Below, one piece after another: positions 19,933 to 28,218 of a stretch of DNA of 41,453 nt; position 1 is the stretch's first letter, and each line of letters opens with the position of its first letter. The notes beneath the pieces were generated by a model. That model did not search any database and was not told the origin of the DNA. It saw only the letters and a program-made list of their open reading frames with translations. Source of the DNA: Opitutaceae bacterium (GTDB lineage Bacteria; Verrucomicrobiota; Verrucomicrobiia; Opitutales; Opitutaceae); contig JBEIHL010000001.1 of NCBI GenBank assembly GCA_040381375.1, positions 1 to 41,453 on the forward strand, read 5' to 3'. Position numbers and translations under genes: made by a program.

Positions 19933-21095
19933 TCTATCTGGACAACAATGCAACCACTCGCGTCAGCGAGGAAGCCATCACGGCGATGCGATCGTTCCTC
20001 GTGTCCGATTACGCGAACCCTGCGTCAGCAATAGGACACTTCCTTGGGCTCGATCGGGCGTTGACGATCGAGAAAAAGAAAATCGCCGCCGAGCTGAAGA
20101 TCGATTCGCCCAATCAACTGATTGCCACCTCCGGTGCCACTGAAGCGAACAACCTCGCTCTTTTCGGTGCCGCGCGACGCGAGCCGGCGCGCCGCCACGT
20201 GATCGTCTCCTCGATCGAACATCCGTCGGTTCTCGAGGTGGCCGACCATTTAGAGCGCGCAGGCTACCGGATCACCCGTCTGCCGGTAACCAGGGATGGG
20301 CTGGTCGCCTTAAGCTCGCTACAATCAGTCTTGTCGGCGGATACGCTGCTTGTGTCGTTGATGCTCGCGAACAACGAAACCGGAGTGATTCAGCCCGTGG
20401 GCTCATTGGCAAACGCGGTGAAGCAGGTAGATCCCGCGATACTTGTTCATACGGATGCGACCCAAGCTGTGGGCAAGATCGCCATCGACCTGGAAGACGA
20501 GTTGAACTCGGTGGACCTTCTCAGTTTCTCCGCGCACAAATTTCACGGTGTTAAAGGTGTGGGTGCGCTCTTCGTGAGAAATGCGAATTCGCTCCACCCG
20601 ATCACCTTTGGGGGAGGACAACAGCTGGGGCTTCGTCCTGGCACAGAAAATCCTGGATCGCTCGCTGCGATGGCGGCCGCACTGTCCTTCGTTAGGACTC
20701 AGGATTTCACAAAAGTTGCTCGGTTGCGCGATTACGCTGAACGAGAGCTAATTGAGCGTGTCGCGGGCTCCAGGATTCTTGGCGGTGAAGCCGCGCGTCT
20801 GCCCAACACATTTAAGGTCTATTTGCCCGGTTGTAACGGCGACGATGTCGTTGATGCGTTGGCTGCTGCGGGGGTCGCGGTTTCAACGGGCTCAGCCTGC
20901 GCTTACGGTGCAAAGAAGCCTTCCCACGTCGCACTTGCGATGGGCCTTTCGTTTCTCGAGGCCCAGCAATGCATTCGTGTGAGTTTGGCATTTGATACCT
21001 CCAAAGACGAGATCTGCAAGTTCTTGGACCATGTGACGCGTCTTGCTGGGGCGCCGCCTGTGGGCCGCTCTTTGGCGCAAATGGAACACTTGTGA
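19929..21095 (+). CDS. sspA: Cysteine desulfurase (IscS/DndA/SspA-like)
   Basis: IYLDNNATT, TSGATEANN, SIEHPSV, ANNETG, HTDATQ, SAHKFHG (PLP lysine) and STGSAC (catalytic Cys). ATGA overlap with sspH. Confidence 0.9.
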   Translation: MIYLDNNATTRVSEEAITAMRSFLVSDYANPASAIGHFLGLDRALTIEKKKIAAELKIDSPNQLIATSGATEANNLALFGAARREPARRHVIVSSIEHPSVLEVADHLERAGYRITRLPVTRDGLVALSSLQSVLSADTLLVSLMLANNETGVIQPVGSLANAVKQVDPAILVHTDATQAVGKIAIDLEDELNSVDLLSFSAHKFHGVKGVGALFVRNANSLHPITFGGGQQLGLRPGTENPGSLAAMAAALSFVRTQDFTKVARLRDYAERELIERVAGSRILGGEAARLPNTFKVYLPGCNGDDVVDALAAAGVAVSTGSACAYGAKKPSHVALAMGLSFLEAQQCIRVSLAFDTSKDEICKFLDHVTRLAGAPPVGRSLAQMEHL

Positions 21096-21274
21096 CCTTT
21101 ATGCCACCCACTTATGACTGCGTTATTCTAAGCGGAGGAGGCGCCAAGGGTAGCTTTGGCGCCGGAGCTGCTTATGCTATAGGGGCGTACCGCAATCTAA
21201 AATGTCGGGAGACAGAGGTACGGCGCGCGTCGGCCCTCTCGCCACCCACCCGCAAAAAAGCCCCTCGGAATTAA
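21092..21274 (+). pseudogene. Truncated patatin-like phospholipase (N-terminal fragment)
   Basis: DCVILSGGGAKGSFGAG matches the patatin glycine-rich oxyanion motif, but no GxSxG or DGG motif follows. The GTG start overlaps the sspA stop, and the frame runs into the tRNA terminator. Confidence 0.6.
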
Positions 21275-21287
21275 TCCAAGGGGCTTT
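21254..21287 (-). terminator. Rho-independent terminator downstream of tRNA-Met (may act in both directions)
   Basis: Minus strand reads AAAGCCCCTTGGA-TTAAT-TCCGAGGGGCTTTTTT, a stem-loop followed by a U tract. Confidence 0.75.
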
Positions 21288-21292
21288 CAAAT

Positions 21293-21369
<77 letters not shown>

Positions 21370-21589
21370 ACAAGGGGAAGGTCAGACGTTGCGCGCGGCG
21401 GTCCGGGTGTCAATGGCCTTTTCCGTTTCCCCCGGAATTCTCGCTTGCCAGGGTGGGGCCGCTGCTCTGTTTTGGACGACTCCGCCCATCCCGGGTGGAG
21501 GTCATCTCAACCATAACCCATACCATCGATCGCAAGGCGGCCATCCCGGCCGACCTGTGTTCAAGGTCAGGAACATCAGATCAACTGCC

Positions 21590-22519
21590 ATGAGCCTCAG
21601 TATCAACGTCAAGGATCTCCTCGATGCCGGCGTCCACTTCGGACACCAGACCAAGCGCTGGAATCCGCGCTCCAAGCCCTACGTCTTCGACCACCGCCAG
21701 GGGATCACCATCATCGATCTCGGCAAGACGTTCACCGCCCTCGAAAAGGCCGTCGCCTACCTCGAGGAAACCGTCGCCAACGGCGGCAATGTCCTCCTCG
21801 TCGGCACCAAGCGCCAGGCCCAGGAAATCGTCCGCGAGGCCGCCAGCGCCACCAACATGCCGTTCTGCGTCGACCGCTGGCTCGGCGGCACGCTGACCAA
21901 TTACGAGACCGTCAAGAAGTCCATCGCCAAGTACAAGAAGTACCAGCAGATGGATACCGCCGGCGAGCTGGGCAAGTTCTCCCGCAAGGAGGAATCCGCC
22001 ATCCGCCGCGAAATGGCCCGCATGCAGCGCAACTTCGCCGGCATCGTCGACATGGGTGATCTCCCGAGCGCGATGTTCGTCGTCGACGTCTCCCACGAGG
22101 CCATCGCCGTCGCCGAGGCCGACCGCTGCGGCATCCCCGCCGTCGCCCTGGTCGACACCAATTCCGACCCGACCACCGTCAAGTTCCCGATCCCGGGCAA
22201 CGATGACGCCGTGAAGTCCATCCGCATCATCGTCGACACCGTCGTCGCCGCCATCCAGTCCGGCCTCGCCCAGCGCGACTCGCGTCGCCAGGCGCGCGGC
22301 ACCGCGGACCTGAAGGCCGCCACGGCCGCAGTCGCCGCCGCGACCGGCGTCACCGCCGAGCCCGCTGCGGCCCCGGCCGCCGAGGTTGATCTCTCGTCCC
22401 TCCCGGGCGCGCTCGTCGCGAACGTCGAGGGTGAGGGCGACGCCGCCGCGGCTGCTGCCGCCGCTGCGAAGAAGAAGGCCCCGGCCCGCAAGAAGATCGC
22501 GGCGCCGAAGAGCGAGTAA
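21590..22519 (+). CDS. rpsB: 30S ribosomal protein S2
   Basis: LLDAGVHFGHQTKRWNP, RWLGGTLTN, DTNSDP and PIPGNDDA; Ala/Lys-rich tail. True start is ATG 21590. Confidence 0.97.
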   Translation: MSLSINVKDLLDAGVHFGHQTKRWNPRSKPYVFDHRQGITIIDLGKTFTALEKAVAYLEETVANGGNVLLVGTKRQAQEIVREAASATNMPFCVDRWLGGTLTNYETVKKSIAKYKKYQQMDTAGELGKFSRKEESAIRREMARMQRNFAGIVDMGDLPSAMFVVDVSHEAIAVAEADRCGIPAVALVDTNSDPTTVKFPIPGNDDAVKSIRIIVDTVVAAIQSGLAQRDSRRQARGTADLKAATAAVAAATGVTAEPAAAPAAEVDLSSLPGALVANVEGEGDAAAAAAAAAKKKAPARKKIAAPKSE

Positions 22520-22637
22520 GCCCACCGCGCGGCCCTCCCGGTGCGCCCCGCGCCGGCCGTCGCCCTCCCGCGACGCGCCGCCGAGGCGCCCCTCCCGGCG
22601 GGCCGTGCACCCTGCAACCCTTACCTGAATTATCGCC

Positions 22638-23231
22638 ATGAGCACTCCCATTTCCGCCCAGATGGTCAATGACCTCCGCGCCCAGACCGGCGCGGGTTTG
22701 ATGGACTGTAAGCGCGCGCTCGTCGAAACGAACGGCAACGTCGAGGAAGCGATCACGCTGCTCCGCAAGAAGGGCGCCGCCTCCGCCGCCAAGAAGGCCG
22801 ATCGCCTCGCCAAGGAAGGCCTCATCGAAAGCTACATCCACCTCGGTGGAAAGGTCGGCGTGATGATCGAGGTCAACTGCGAGACCGACTTCGTCGCCCG
22901 CAACGATGAATTCCGCTCCTTCGTGAAGGACCTCTGCCTGCACATCGCCGCCGCCAGCCCGCTGTACGTGTCGCGTGACCAGGTGCCGGAGGCTGACCTC
23001 GCGGCCGAGCGCGACATCGCGGCGGCGCAGGTCGCCGGCAAGCCCCCCGCGGCGGTCCAGAAGATCGTCGAGGGCAAGCTCGAGAAGTTCTACTCGACGG
23101 TGGCCCTCCTGGACCAGCCGTTCGTGAAGATCCCCGAGAAGACGGTGAAGGAGCTGATCACGGAGAAGATCGCCAAGACCGGCGAGAACATCCAGATCCG
23201 CCGCTTCGTCCGCTTCCAGCTCGGCGGCTAA
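22638..23231 (+). CDS. tsf: Translation elongation factor Ts (short form)
   Basis: LRAQTGAGLMDCKRAL, EVNCETDFVA and GENIQIRRFVRF; directly follows rpsB. Confidence 0.97.
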   Translation: MSTPISAQMVNDLRAQTGAGLMDCKRALVETNGNVEEAITLLRKKGAASAAKKADRLAKEGLIESYIHLGGKVGVMIEVNCETDFVARNDEFRSFVKDLCLHIAAASPLYVSRDQVPEADLAAERDIAAAQVAGKPPAAVQKIVEGKLEKFYSTVALLDQPFVKIPEKTVKELITEKIAKTGENIQIRRFVRFQLGG

Positions 23232-23256
23232 TCGCCCGCGCGAAACCGTTTCAACG

Positions 23257-23293
23257 AAAGACGCTCTCCCGCTGCGGGGGAGCGTCTTTTTTT
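23257..23293 (+). terminator. Rho-independent terminator of rpsB-tsf
   Basis: AAAGACGCTCTCCCGC-T-GCGGGGGAGCGTCTTTTTTT, a stem-loop followed by a T run. Confidence 0.85.
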
Positions 23294-23511
23294 GTGCCGG
23301 AGTGCGAGCCGGGATGCTTGAGGTGGGGCGCGACGGCGGTAGGCTGGGCCCTGGGCTACGGCTCTTGCGGTGGTGCGGACGATGGCCTTGGCTATGGCTT
23401 GAGCCAGGTCCCGAGCGCGGCCTGACGGCGGCTTCGGCTGCGGTCTGAGCTGCGGCGCGGGTGACCGGATTTCCTCTTCAACGTCTTCCTCTTCCTTCCC
23501 CCCTCAACACC

Positions 23512-23922
23512 ATGCAAGTGACGCGTGCGCAGATCGTGGCTCGGGGCATGACCCTGTGCTGCCCGAATTGCGGGGCGCGGTCGCTGTTCCGCGACGACCA
23601 GTTCTTCGTGCTGAACCGGGAATGCCCGGAGTGCGGCCTGCGGCTGGAGCGGGATGAAGGCGGGTTTCTTGGGGCGATGTCGCTGAACTACGGCGTGACC
23701 GTGGTGGGCTTCCTCGTGCCGGTGCTGGTGCTGTACCTGACGGGCGTGCTTGCGGGGCGGACGGCCTCGATCGTGGCTGGGGTGGGGGCGGTGGCGGTGC
23801 CGCTGGTGCTGTACCGCTTCTCGCGGAGCTGGTGGCTGATGAACTACTACCTCGTGCTCCCGCACCACCTCCCGGCGAACCAGGAAGCGCGCCGCTCGGC
23901 GCGCGACGACGAGAATACCTGA
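23512..23922 (+). CDS. DUF983-like zinc-ribbon membrane protein
   Basis: CPNCG..SLF and CPECGL...EGGFLGAM are followed by two hydrophobic helices. ATG at 23512. Confidence 0.75.
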   Translation: MQVTRAQIVARGMTLCCPNCGARSLFRDDQFFVLNRECPECGLRLERDEGGFLGAMSLNYGVTVVGFLVPVLVLYLTGVLAGRTASIVAGVGAVAVPLVLYRFSRSWWLMNYYLVLPHHLPANQEARRSARDDENT

Positions 23923-24029
23923 GGGTCAGGCTTTGTTGTTTGTCGTCGAAAGGGCGCGGGCGGTGGGGCGGGGCCACGCTTAATCGCCGCACGTTTTGCG
24001 GAGATGGGGGGCGTTAATCGCCGCAGTTC

Positions 24030-24340
24030 GCTGAAGCCGCGGTGGCCTGAGGGTCTGACTTTGCCGCTTACCCTCGCCGGAGGTCAGCGTGCGCGTAGGG
24101 TGCCCGAGCCGGGGTCGGCGGGCCGGGGGACGTACGCCGCGGTGTGTCAGGAGGCGCGGGGCTGACGGGTGGCGCGGGGAGGGATCAGCCTGCGTTCCGA
24201 GCCGTTGCGAGATCTGCGCTTGCCGAGTGCTCGCTCCAGCGCCCCGAAACGGGGCCTTCCCGGTCTTCGCACCGCCGCTCGCGGCCGCGAACGTGGCGGC
24301 TCGACGTTCGGTCCTGGCGGCGGGCCCCGTGCGTCGCCTT
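24030..24340 (+). repeat. ~310-bp conserved intergenic element, copy 1
   Basis: Shares colinear blocks with 25081-25390: GCTGAA..GCGGTGGCCTGAGGGTC, GGGGAGG..TCAGCCT, GATCTGYGCTTGCCGWGTGCTC, CGCCCC(T)GAAACGGGG, GTCTTCGCRCCGMCGCTC and GGCGGCGSGCCCCRTGCGTYGCCTT. Confidence 0.75.
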
Positions 24341-24353
24341 TCTCCATCGCCCC

Positions 24354-24378
24354 TTGACAGTGCATCTTTTTTGATACA
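24354..24378 (+). promoter_or_regulatory. -35 box and imperfect palindromic operator upstream of the toxin gene
   Basis: TTGACA at 24354 is followed by TGCATC-N6-GATACA. The -10 box is unclear. Confidence 0.45.
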
Positions 24379-24752
24379 TGCGAGATCCATCCGGGTTTCC
24401 TCGCCATCCCATCCCTTGCGCCTTCTACCGATCCGCTGCGGGCAACGAGCCCGTGCGGGAGTGGCTGCTCCGCTTGCCGGCCGACGAGCGCAGGCAGGTG
24501 GGCATCGACATCAAGACGGTTCAGTACGGCTGGCCTCTTGGATTGCCGTGGGTCGACTCGCTGGGGGGCGGACTTTGGGAAATCCGCTCCCGACTTGCCA
24601 CCCGCATCGCCCGCACCCTGTTCTGTTTCCACGCCGGCCAAATCATCCTGCTCCATGGTTTCATCAAGAAAACCCATCGCACGCCGCTCCACGCCCTCGT
24701 CCAAGCCCAACGGCGGCAGCGTGAAGTCCAAGGTCAACCCCCACGTCGGTAG
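24378..24752 (+). CDS. Type II toxin, RelE/HigB family (Gp49/DUF891-like)
   Basis: FYRSAAGNEPVREWL...GWPLGLPWVDSLGGGLWEIRS...ILLHGFIKKT; lies upstream of an HTH antitoxin gene. Confidence 0.85.
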   Translation: MRDPSGFPRHPIPCAFYRSAAGNEPVREWLLRLPADERRQVGIDIKTVQYGWPLGLPWVDSLGGGLWEIRSRLATRIARTLFCFHAGQIILLHGFIKKTHRTPLHALVQAQRRQREVQGQPPRR

Positions 24753-25071
24753 TCACTTTGATCGATTTCTGGACGACGCGGGGATTCGGGCGGAGGTGGA
24801 GGCCGCTGCGCTGAAGAAGATCATCGCCGTCGCTTTGAACCAGCGGATGCGTCAGCAAGGCATCACCGTCTCCGCGTTGGCTGGCGCTCTGGGCACGAGC
24901 CGGGCGGCGGTGACGCGCGTCCTCGATCAACGGAACACGTCGCTTACCCTCGCGACTCTCTCCCGCACCGCGGCCGCCCTCGGCTGCCGGCTGCACCTGA
25001 GCATTTCCGGGGGGGACGCTCCCGGCCGGTCGACCCGGAGCCAGTCTCGGTCCGTCGCGGTGGAGGCATGA
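24721..25071 (+). CDS. XRE/HigA-like HTH antitoxin
   Basis: GTG start at 24721. NPHVGSHFDRFL...AAALKKIIA...ALAGALGTSRAAVTRVLD...TLATLSRTAAALG. Confidence 0.82.
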   Translation: MKSKVNPHVGSHFDRFLDDAGIRAEVEAAALKKIIAVALNQRMRQQGITVSALAGALGTSRAAVTRVLDQRNTSLTLATLSRTAAALGCRLHLSISGGDAPGRSTRSQSRSVAVEA

Positions 25072-25080
25072 ACGCGCCAA

Positions 25081-25390
25081 GCTGAAACCCGTGGAACGGG
25101 CGGTGGCCTGAGGGTCAGGCTTTGTTGTTTGTCCTCGCTGCCGGCGCGAGCGGGCGCGCGGTACCCGGGCGGGACGTCGGCGGGCGGGCGGCGGCGCGGG
25201 CCAGGGGGGCGTTCGGCCACGGGGCGGACCGGGGGCATAGGGGAGGCTCAGCCTCGCTCCTGGGCACGTCCTTGATCTGTGCTTGCCGTGTGCTCATCCC
25301 GACGCCCCTGAAACGGGGTATTTCGAGTCTTCGCGCCGACGCTCTGGGTCATGACGCTAAAGGTCGGCGGCGCGCCCCATGCGTTGCCTT
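25081..25390 (+). repeat. ~310-bp conserved intergenic element, copy 2 (partial copy 3 at about 25980-26080)
   Basis: Has the same block order as 24030-24340. The ~100 bp around and after the core repeat recur at 25980-26080 (GCGAGCGGGCGCGCGGT.CCCGG..GGGA..TCGGCGGGCGGGCGG). Confidence 0.75.
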
Positions 25391-25417
25391 CCACCTCTGC
25401 CGAAGTTATGTCCACCC

Positions 25418-25445
25418 TTGCCAGTCGTTTTACCTCCGGTACGGT
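25418..25445 (+). promoter_or_regulatory. Possible sigma70 promoter for a leaderless transcript
   Basis: TTGCCA-16 nt-TACGGT, with 7 nt separating it from ATG 25453. Confidence 0.4.
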
Positions 25446-25452
25446 GGTCTTC

Positions 25453-25680
25453 ATGCGCGCGCTGCAAGACATTGAGGCCGCGATCCTCCGGCTCCCGGAA
25501 AGCGATCGCTTACGCCTTATGGCAACGCTGCTGGGAAGCCTTCCCCCTCCGCCGGACGCTCACACGCCAGATGAGATGGTGGCCGAGGCTCGCCGGCGGG
25601 ATGCCGAGCTTGAAAGCGGCCTCGCGCAGCCGCTGAGCGAAGAGCAGTTTTGGGCGGGAGTGCGGCACCCGCGGGGATGA
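25453..25680 (+). CDS. Addiction-module antitoxin (unstable-antitoxin/TIGR02574-like)
   Basis: IEAAILRLPESDRLRL...LLGSL...EARRRDAELESG; 75 aa; ATGA overlap with the ParE toxin gene. Confidence 0.8.
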   Translation: MRALQDIEAAILRLPESDRLRLMATLLGSLPPPPDAHTPDEMVAEARRRDAELESGLAQPLSEEQFWAGVRHPRG

Positions 25681-25976
25681 CCCTGGAGTTTCATCCGGCT
25701 GTTCAGCAGGACTTCAACGCGGCGATTGACTATTACGTCACGGCAGGGGGCAGGCACTTGGCCGATCGGTTCGAGGCGGAGTTGCGGGCGTGTCTGGAGG
25801 CGATCAAGTCCGGTCCGCGGCAGCATGGGTTCTGCCAAGGAGGCGCCACGTTTCGGCGCATTCGTCTGCGTAACTTTCCGTTCTTCGTGGTGTACCGGGA
25901 GACGTCAGATGTCGTAAGGGTGACGATTCTCAAGCACGAGAAACGCCATCCGTCGTTCGGAACCGCGCGGCAATAG
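25677..25976 (+). CDS. Type II toxin, RelE/ParE family
   Basis: MTLEFHPAVQQDFNAAIDYY...FRRIRLRNFPFFVVYR...ILKHEKRHP. Confidence 0.85.
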   Translation: MTLEFHPAVQQDFNAAIDYYVTAGGRHLADRFEAELRACLEAIKSGPRQHGFCQGGATFRRIRLRNFPFFVVYRETSDVVRVTILKHEKRHPSFGTARQ

Positions 25977-26463
25977 CACGCTGAAGGTGCGGTGACCTGA
26001 GGGTCGGGCTTTGCCGTTTGTCCTGGCTGGAGGTGCGAGCGGGCGCGCGGTGCCCGGAAGGGAGATCGGCGGGCGGGCGGGCAACGCCGGCGGTGTAGCC
26101 CCCGCGGGCGGGCGGGCGGGTGGCGAGCATCACCCACCCAGCACGCCAACCGGTGCCGGTCTTTCTCCGCCGCCTAATTGGCGGTGGACCGAGGGTCAGG
26201 CTTTGTCGTTTGTCGTCGAAGGGTGCGGGCGCGCGGGTCTGGCACCCATTCTAACGAGCGTCAGCGGCTGGATTCGGCCTGCCAGCCGTAGCCTGGCGGT
26301 GGGATTGCGATTTTAACGCGAACCAAAGTGGTGCTAATAACCGTGGGCAAAACGGACCAGCCCTACGAGATTGTGTCGCTTTCGGATTTTCCAACGACGT
26401 CCGGAACCATGGCCCGACGGCAGATCCGATAGCTTTGGCCATCGGCCAAAGCAGTGACGGCAC

Positions 26464-27720
26464 TTACGTTCGCGCGACCCAGAGTTCGGTGATCGGCACC
26501 GCAAACATCTGAGGGCCGAAGGACAATGCCGAGTCGCCATCGTAAAAGACAATTCCGCAGCGAAACGATGCCCCGGTCGCGTCTCGCAGACGTTTGAGCC
26601 CGCGAAAATCGCTTTCACTGACGGTCGATGACGCCTTGACCTCGACGCCACTGATCAAGCGACCGTCGCGTTCAAGCACAATATCGACTTCCAGCTGATC
26701 CTTGTCCCGGTAGTGAAATAACCGGTGGCTGCCGTCCGTCCAAGAGGCTTGGCGGCGTAGTTCCTGATAGACGAAAGTCTCCAGCAGTTGGCCAAAGAGG
26801 GATCGGTTTTCTTTCAACGCGGCGACATCTGCCCCCAGCAAGGCTGCGACGAGGCCGGTGTCAGCCAAGTGCAACTTCGGCGTCTTGATCAACCGACTCA
26901 GGCGGTTGTGGTGCCATGGAGGCAGGATATCGATCAGGAAGACCTGTTCCAGCAGTGTCAGGTATTCGCGGATCGTGGGCCGGCTGAGCTCAAAAGGTCC
27001 CGCGAGTTCACTCGCGTTGAAGAGCCGGGAAGTTTGTCCGGCGGCGAGTTCCAGCAGCTTTGGCAACACATCGAGGGACCGGATGCGTGTCAGGTCGCGC
27101 AGATCCCGCTGGGTGATTGCGGCGACATATTGCAGTTGCCACTCCCGCCGCCGCCGCTCGGTGGTGCGGGCCAGCGCGGCGGGAAATCCTCCGCCCGCGA
27201 CCCGGTGAATCAACTCTTCGCCCAGCCTGCCTCCAGTCGTAATGGGAAATTTCCCGCCAAAAAGTCTATCGATGAAGCCGGTCTCCGGCGCCCGCCCGCC
27301 TAGCTCCAGCTGCGTGAGCGGCCCCAAGCGCAGGACCTCCATCCGGCCCGCCAAGGAGTCGGCGAGTTTTGGGAGCAAGAGCACGTTGGCCGAGCCGGTC
27401 AGAATCAGCCGTCCGGGCCGGCGGTCCCGGTCCACCAATCCTTTGATCGACGTAAACAGCTCCGGGACGCGCTGCACCTCATCCAATACGGCCCGCTCGG
27501 GTAACTCGGCGCAAAATCCCACCGGGTCCGCTCGCGCCGCGCGGAGAATATTTTCGTCGTCAAACGTGAAGTAGGTGTAGCCTCGCTTTTTTGCCACGGC
27601 TTGGGCCAGGGTCGACTTGCCGCATTGCCGCGGCCCATGAATCAGAACCACCGGGGTGTCGGCCAAGGCTTCCTCCAGTCGGGCGAGCGCAAACCGGGGG
27701 TAAATTTCATTGGCACTCAT
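26464..27720 (-). CDS. AAA_14 + DUF4143 ATPase with C-terminal PD-(D/E)xK-like domain
   Basis: GPRQCGKST, LDEVQR, LTGS, SLAGR, GGFP, KTPKLHLADTGL and YRDKDQLEVDIV...VEVK. Confidence 0.9.
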   Translation of the reverse strand: MSANEIYPRFALARLEEALADTPVVLIHGPRQCGKSTLAQAVAKKRGYTYFTFDDENILRAARADPVGFCAELPERAVLDEVQRVPELFTSIKGLVDRDRRPGRLILTGSANVLLLPKLADSLAGRMEVLRLGPLTQLELGGRAPETGFIDRLFGGKFPITTGGRLGEELIHRVAGGGFPAALARTTERRRREWQLQYVAAITQRDLRDLTRIRSLDVLPKLLELAAGQTSRLFNASELAGPFELSRPTIREYLTLLEQVFLIDILPPWHHNRLSRLIKTPKLHLADTGLVAALLGADVAALKENRSLFGQLLETFVYQELRRQASWTDGSHRLFHYRDKDQLEVDIVLERDGRLISGVEVKASSTVSESDFRGLKRLRDATGASFRCGIVFYDGDSALSFGPQMFAVPITELWVART

Positions 27721-27746
27721 GCGCCCGGGCAGCCTGCCTTCTCTTC

Positions 27747-27803
27747 CGTCTAAATGAAAGAATAAACGCGTCTAAGTGAAACCACCTGCGCGTCCAAGTG
27801 AAA
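27747..27803. repeat. Three 13-bp direct repeats CGTCYAARTGAAA at an exact 22-bp period
   Basis: Copies start at 27747, 27769 and 27791, just upstream of the ATPase start codon. Confidence 0.8.
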
Positions 27804-27942
27804 TTCAAAGAACCATTTGTCATGCGGTGCAGAGCCAAACGCCATGACCAGGCGTTTTATCACAGGCTGCGAGTTCTTGCTTCGAGACCACCCGCTAGCC
27901 ACGTCGGATCGCAACTAGCCGATTCACGGTTCGTTAGTAAAC

Positions 27943-28032
<90 letters not shown>

Positions 28033-28167
28033 AGGCACAGGAAGGGGAACCGTACTGTCGACCCGCGAAAACGGAAGTCGAAAATGCGCCTCTGACCGTC
28101 CGCCGACGCCCCGCTCGGGCGGCTCAGGGCCGTGCGCGGGTCCGGCAAGGACAAAGGACAAAGCCTG

Positions 28168-28210
28168 ACCCTCCCCTGTGTTACCCTCCCCCGTGTTACC
28201 CTCCCCCGTG
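28168..28210. repeat. 15-bp tandem repeat ACCCTCCCCYGTGTT, about 3 units
   Basis: Units start at 28168, 28183 and 28198; the first overlaps the end of the dispersed repeat. Confidence 0.75.
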
Positions 28211-28218
28211 AATCCGCC

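Noticed and set aside
19929-21095. Housekeeping iscS
   Set aside because: No isc or suf neighbours are present, and the gene is translationally coupled to sspH inside the island.
22638-23231. EF-Ts apparently truncated at 197 aa
   Set aside because: The short EF-Ts form is normal in several phyla, and both termini look intact.
26249-26460. Possible integron attC site near TTCTAAC
   Set aside because: I found no matching RYYYAAC...GTTRRRY pair with a convincing stem, and no integron integrase.
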